Positions 59,237-64,000 of a stretch of 64,000 nt of DNA are shown piece by piece; the stretch's first letter is position 1; each line of letters opens with the position of its first letter. Source of the stretch: the human T2T-CHM13v2.0 reference genome, Homo sapiens. The notes beneath the pieces are model-generated. The model saw only the letters and a list, made by a program, of their open reading frames with translations. It was not told the DNA's origin and did no database searches. The stretch lies in the NCBI RefSeq assembly GCF_009914755.1, contig NC_060947.1, one strand, 5' to 3'. Made by a program: the position numbers and the translations under genes.

Positions 59237-61192
59237 TATTTTTATTTATTATTTATTTATTTATTTTTCAGTGACAAATACACATTGTGTATATTATCAT
59301 GTACAACACGTTGTTTTGAACTATGTGTGCATTTTGGGATGGCTAAATTGAGCTAACTAACATATGCATTACCTCACATACTTCTCATCTTTTGTGGTGA
59401 GAACACTAAATCTACCCCCTTGGCAATTTTCAAGAATAGAGTACATTGTTATTAACTATTGTCACTGTATTTTTATAATAGATTTCTTAAACTTATTTCT
59501 CCTATCTAAATGAAATTTTGTGTCCTTTGACCAACATCTCCTGAACCATTCCTCCAACCACTGTTACCCAACATTCTATCTGTACTTTTATGAGTTCAAC
59601 ATTTTTAGATTCAACATATGAGTTTGATCCTGTGGCATTTGTCTTTCTGTGCATGGCATATTTTACTTAATGTAACATCCTCCAGGGTCATCTATGTTTT
59701 CGCAAATGACAGGATTTCCTTCTTTTTTACGGCTGAATAGTATTTCAATGTGTATATATTCCACATTTTAAAAATCCATTCATCCATTGATGAACACAGG
59801 TTGATTCCGTATTTGGGCTATTGGGAATAATACTTCAATGAACATGTCTTTGTTTAGATATATTTTTGACATACTGATTTTGTTTCCTTTGGACATATAC
59901 CCAGTAGTGGGACTTTTGGATGATACAGGAATTCTATTTCTGTTTTTTTAAGGAACCTCCACACAGTTTTCCAAAATGACTCTACTAATTTACATTCCCA
60001 CCAACAGTGTGTAAGAGTACCCTTTTCTCCATATTCTCACCAGCATTTGTTGTCTTTCATTTTTTTTACAGGAGCCATTCTAACAGGTGTTGAGGTGCTA
60101 TCTCATTGTGATTTTAATTTGCATTTCTCCAATTATTACTGATTTTGAGCATTGTTTCATATACCTGTTGGCCATATATATGTCTTCTTTTGAGAAATGT
60201 CTATTTGGGTCCGTTACTCAATTTTAAAATTATTTGTTTGCTTACTATTGGGTTGTTTGAGTTCCTTATATATTTTTACTATTAATCCCTTTTCAGATAC
60301 ATGGCTTACAAATATATTTTCCCATTTTGTAAACTGGCTCTTCACTCTGTTGATTGTTTCCTTTGCTGTGGAGAATTTTTAGTTTGATATAATCTCACTT
60401 GTGTATTTTTGCTTTTATTTCTTGTGCTTTTGTGGTCATATCCAAAATATTGTATCTCAGACCAATGTCATGGAGCTTGCATCCTGTTTTCTTGTAATAG
60501 TTTTACTGTTTTAGGTCTCACATTTAAGTCTTTAGTCCATTTTGACTTGATTTTGTAGATGGTGTGAGACAAGAGTGTAATTTCATTCTTCTTCATGTGG
60601 ATATCCACTTGTCTCAACACCATTTATTGGAGAGACTGACCTTTTTCCATTGTGTATTCTTGGGACCTTTGTTAAAAATCAATTGACCATAAATGCATGA
60701 ATGTATATCTGGGCCTTCCATTCTGTTCCATTGGTTTATGTGTTTGTTTTTATGCCAGCATCATGCTGTTTTGATTTCTATAGCCTTGTAGTATACTATA
60801 CTACCTTGAAGTCAAGTAGTATAATACTTACAGTGTTGTTCTTTTTGTTCAAGATTGCTTTGGCTATTTGGGGTCTTTTGTGGTTCCATATGAATTTTAG
60901 GATTGTGTTTTCTATTTCAATGAAAAATGTTATGTGAATTTTCATAGGGTATGTATCAAATCTGTAGATAACTTTGCGTAGTACAGACATTTTAAAAATA
61001 TTAATTCTTCCAATCCATGAACATGGGATATTTCCTCATTTATTTGTGTCTTCTTCAATTTCTTTCATTAGTGTTTTACAGTTTTCAGTGCACAGGTCTT
61101 TTATCTCCTTGGATACATTTATTCATAAGTTTTTTCATAGCTATGGTAAATCAGATTGTTTTCTCAATTTATTTTTTGGATAGTTTATTGAC
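59237..61192 (-). mobile_element. L1MA6/7-like LINE-1, ~2 kb 3' portion
   Basis: ggctaaattgagctaactaacatatgcattacctcacatac 3'UTR; ORF 60796..60990 ([13 protein letters not shown]...[17 protein letters not shown]) is ORF2. Confidence 0.92.
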
Positions 61193-61614
61193 AGTGAAAA
61201 TATTAATAATTGAAGATGCTTTCTTAATGGGAATAAGAAATTGGGTGAAAAAAGAGGAATAAAGACTGCTATTTGACATAAGATACCATGTAGAATTAGT
61301 TGATTTATTATAGTAGGTGTATGTGAAACTTTGATACTTTTTTAAATAGAAAGGAATAATAACTTTGTTGGGGTCATGATTAAAGAAACAACTGATATTG
61401 GAGTTTGGAAACGTAAGTACTTGGTTCTGGCTTGAAGTTCAGGTTTTGGTAAGAGATTCTGGCTTATGGACTTAATCTAAAACAACCATGTAGAAAGGGT
61501 TTTCTCTTTCAGAAAATCTGTTTTGGGTCCTAGAATGCTTAAATTAACTCTTATCATTTATGAAAAAAATATTGTTTTGAGGTAACAAAATATTGTTGTT
61601 CTTAAGGATCACCT

Positions 61615-61735
61615 AGGAATCAGGAAACTTTAATTCAAATATCTATGCTGCCACTGAATGTTGTGTCACCCTGAACAACTCATTCACCTTTTTTGGACAT
61701 CAGTTTTCTCATCTGTCAAATGGATATAGTAAGAG
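61615..61735 (+). mobile_element. MIR fragment
   Basis: tgccactgaatgttgtgtcaccctgaacaactcattcacc...cagttttctcatctgtcaaatgg. Confidence 0.75.
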
Positions 61736-62704
61736 CAGTTGTGTCTGCTATCATGCTATGAGCCAGAAGTTCTCTCCTCCAGTACCAGTGCCAGAGAGAT
61801 CAAGAAATCTCAGAGAGAAAGACTGGTAAAGAGGCAACAAAGACTATCAAGAGTATAAATCATTTTAAGTCAGAATGGAAACTTAGCTCTAGAGAGGAGA
61901 CCCAAACTACCCCGCAGGGTTATGGTATCACCAACAGGATCAGAGGCTTATTGAATAGATAAGAATACGGCTGCTGAGAATAAAGTCACAAAGCTGCTAC
62001 AGCAAGCCTACTGTCCTTTAAAAATCACACAGCATCTACTCCTAACAGCAGAGATATCTAGGAGCCCACAACCATTTCCAAATAGAGTAAATAAAATGCC
62101 TCTTTTGATTTATACCTATTAATATTTAATTAGTTTTACTATGCCTTCCCTATGCCTTTCTCCCACTGAGCTTTTGTCCTGGCACCCAGTTTCTCATATT
62201 TTTATTATGCCAACCCTACTCTGACTCCTCTTTTGTCACCCTTGCTTGCAGACATCTCATAACCTGCTCTTGTGACCATATCTTTTCCAGAACTTGGCCT
62301 TTATTTCTAATCCTAATTCTCTACCAATCTAGCACCTACGTAAAAAAGGTGCACACATCCTCAAGTGAAATAATGCCATATTTTGTTTTATCTATTTATT
62401 TATTTATTTATTTTATTTTTCAAAACCCTAGAGGTTAATACTGATGCCTCAGGATCCAAACAGTGACTGGGGTAAGGAGTGGGAAAAGTAACTGAGGCCT
62501 AGTTCATAGAGCTTTAGAGCATCCCTTTCAACTAGATCACCTCTACTTTTATTATATATACATATATATGTATAAAATTTATATATAATATGTATTTTTA
62601 TATCTATTTAGCTTCTGGGCAAGTCTTTGGCAGAAGAATTCTTCAAAAAATGAAGTTTAAAAATACAAATGTTTGATGTGATATATGTGAAAAAAAAAAG
62701 TATT

Positions 62705-62800
62705 ATTTGGATTGAAATCCCAGTTTTCTCACTTATGGGTTGTGTGACTATGGGTAAGTCACTTAACTCTCCCTGTGCCTCAGTTTCATCAACTGTAACA
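62705..62800 (+). mobile_element. MIR fragment
   Basis: tgtgtgactatgggtaagtcacttaactctccctgtgcctcagtttcatcaactgtaa. Confidence 0.8.
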
Positions 62801-64000
62801 TACTATATATAATGAAAAAGCAGAATCCAAAGGTAAGGGAATATTATTTTTCATTCCTCCTGAACTTTCTCATTCTAACTTCTCAGGTGGTTGTAACCTT
62901 CAACAAACCACCTCTTCTCTGCTCATGCTAAATTTGGGGGCCAGCAGTCAAGGTTCTCTAAACTATGAAAAGCCCAAGTACCATTCTATGGCCTTTGGTA
63001 GTTGTGTGTGGCCCAAAGGAATCTTTGCATTGTTCAGGTTGTAATCATTCTATAACTGGAAGGTGCACCTCATCCATTTTTTCTTTAGGGCATGACTCAC
63101 AAGCAACTGGCAGCCAGGCCTCTATGAGTCCTCTGCTCGCACTGCTTAATTCTTGACAACTCATTGTGCCTCTAACATAAAAAGCATATTGTCCCAGGTG
63201 TCATCAATTTAGTATGTTTCAATTTGCCCATTCTGATCCCAGAGACGCTCTAGAGCCTTAATTCTTAACTGTTGAAAATTAATCTGACACTTTGTGCACT
63301 CTCAGATGGAGACAAATGGACCCTGAATAATTTAAAGGACATTTTCTCAAAACGTCCAGCAAAGTTAAAGGCTCCTGGTTTGTCATTGTTCTTATAACCT
63401 AAGCCAAACTGGCTAAATGACCAATATTAATGCTTTCATTCCTCTAAAAACAATGGCCCAGTAAACATACCAGGTGATCATAATATATTTGCTTATCAAA
63501 GTTGAATAACCATTTTGGGGAGCTTGTATCTTTGAATCTGCCTCTAGCTGGATTCCTGACACTGAAGAGTAAGAAGTGGTTTAGTTTGTTCTAGGATGTT
63601 TCAAATGTGCTCTAGTTAAAAAGAAGGCAGAACAAACACAGGAAGTAGACTAAATGAAGTCCAGGGATAATCCAGTGGTTACAGTGACATATGCTTGACT
63701 TTGTAATATTAGTGGAATTCCCAGTAACAGTTGTATTAATAGATTTCTTAAGCAACTGCAAATCATGAACCATAATAAAAATTGTTCAGACATATTTTCA
63801 ATAGATGGATCCTTTTAAAATATGGCTTATCCCTTAGAATATTCAGAGTTTCCCTCTGAAAGTGGGTTTTATTTTGCATATATAGAAGTATTGCCTTTTC
63901 TAAATCCAGCATCCTCCCAAATCAAGGCAACCCTACAGGAAATGGACATCCAATAGTCAAAGGGAGAATTGGGAGAGGCTGAAGGAAAAATAAAGATGGA

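Overview
This is primate, most likely human, nuclear genomic DNA (AluJ/S/Y, L1PA4-6, MADE1, MIR, L2, MaLR and ERV LTRs), not a prokaryotic region. It reads as intergenic or deep intronic: roughly half interspersed repeats, with no CpG island, no recognisable protein-coding gene, and no tRNA, rRNA, snRNA or CRISPR array. Every convincing ORF in the track is a transposon remnant (L1 ORF1/ORF2/ORF0, CR1/L3 RT, Alu). An ERV integrase relic is also visible by manual translation. I found no evidence for a new multi-gene system. Items worth a second look: (i) an L1PA4-like insertion made of an inverted, near-complete 5'UTR fused to the last ~1.07 kb of L1, about 4 kb missing, nested in MER30 nested in MIR; (ii) several locally templated scars: a 30-bp copy from ~1 kb away beside a 74-bp perfect palindrome, an 87-bp diverged-MIR segment duplicated ~2 kb away, and fold-back hairpins replacing consensus sequence in two L1s and MER30; (iii) an LTR-less ERV integrase fragment; (iv) a frame-preserving candidate exon on the minus strand; (v) motif-rich unique blocks that may be enhancers. 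Repeat subfamily names come from recalled consensus sequences, not a search. Boundaries of old elements are approximate (tens of bp).
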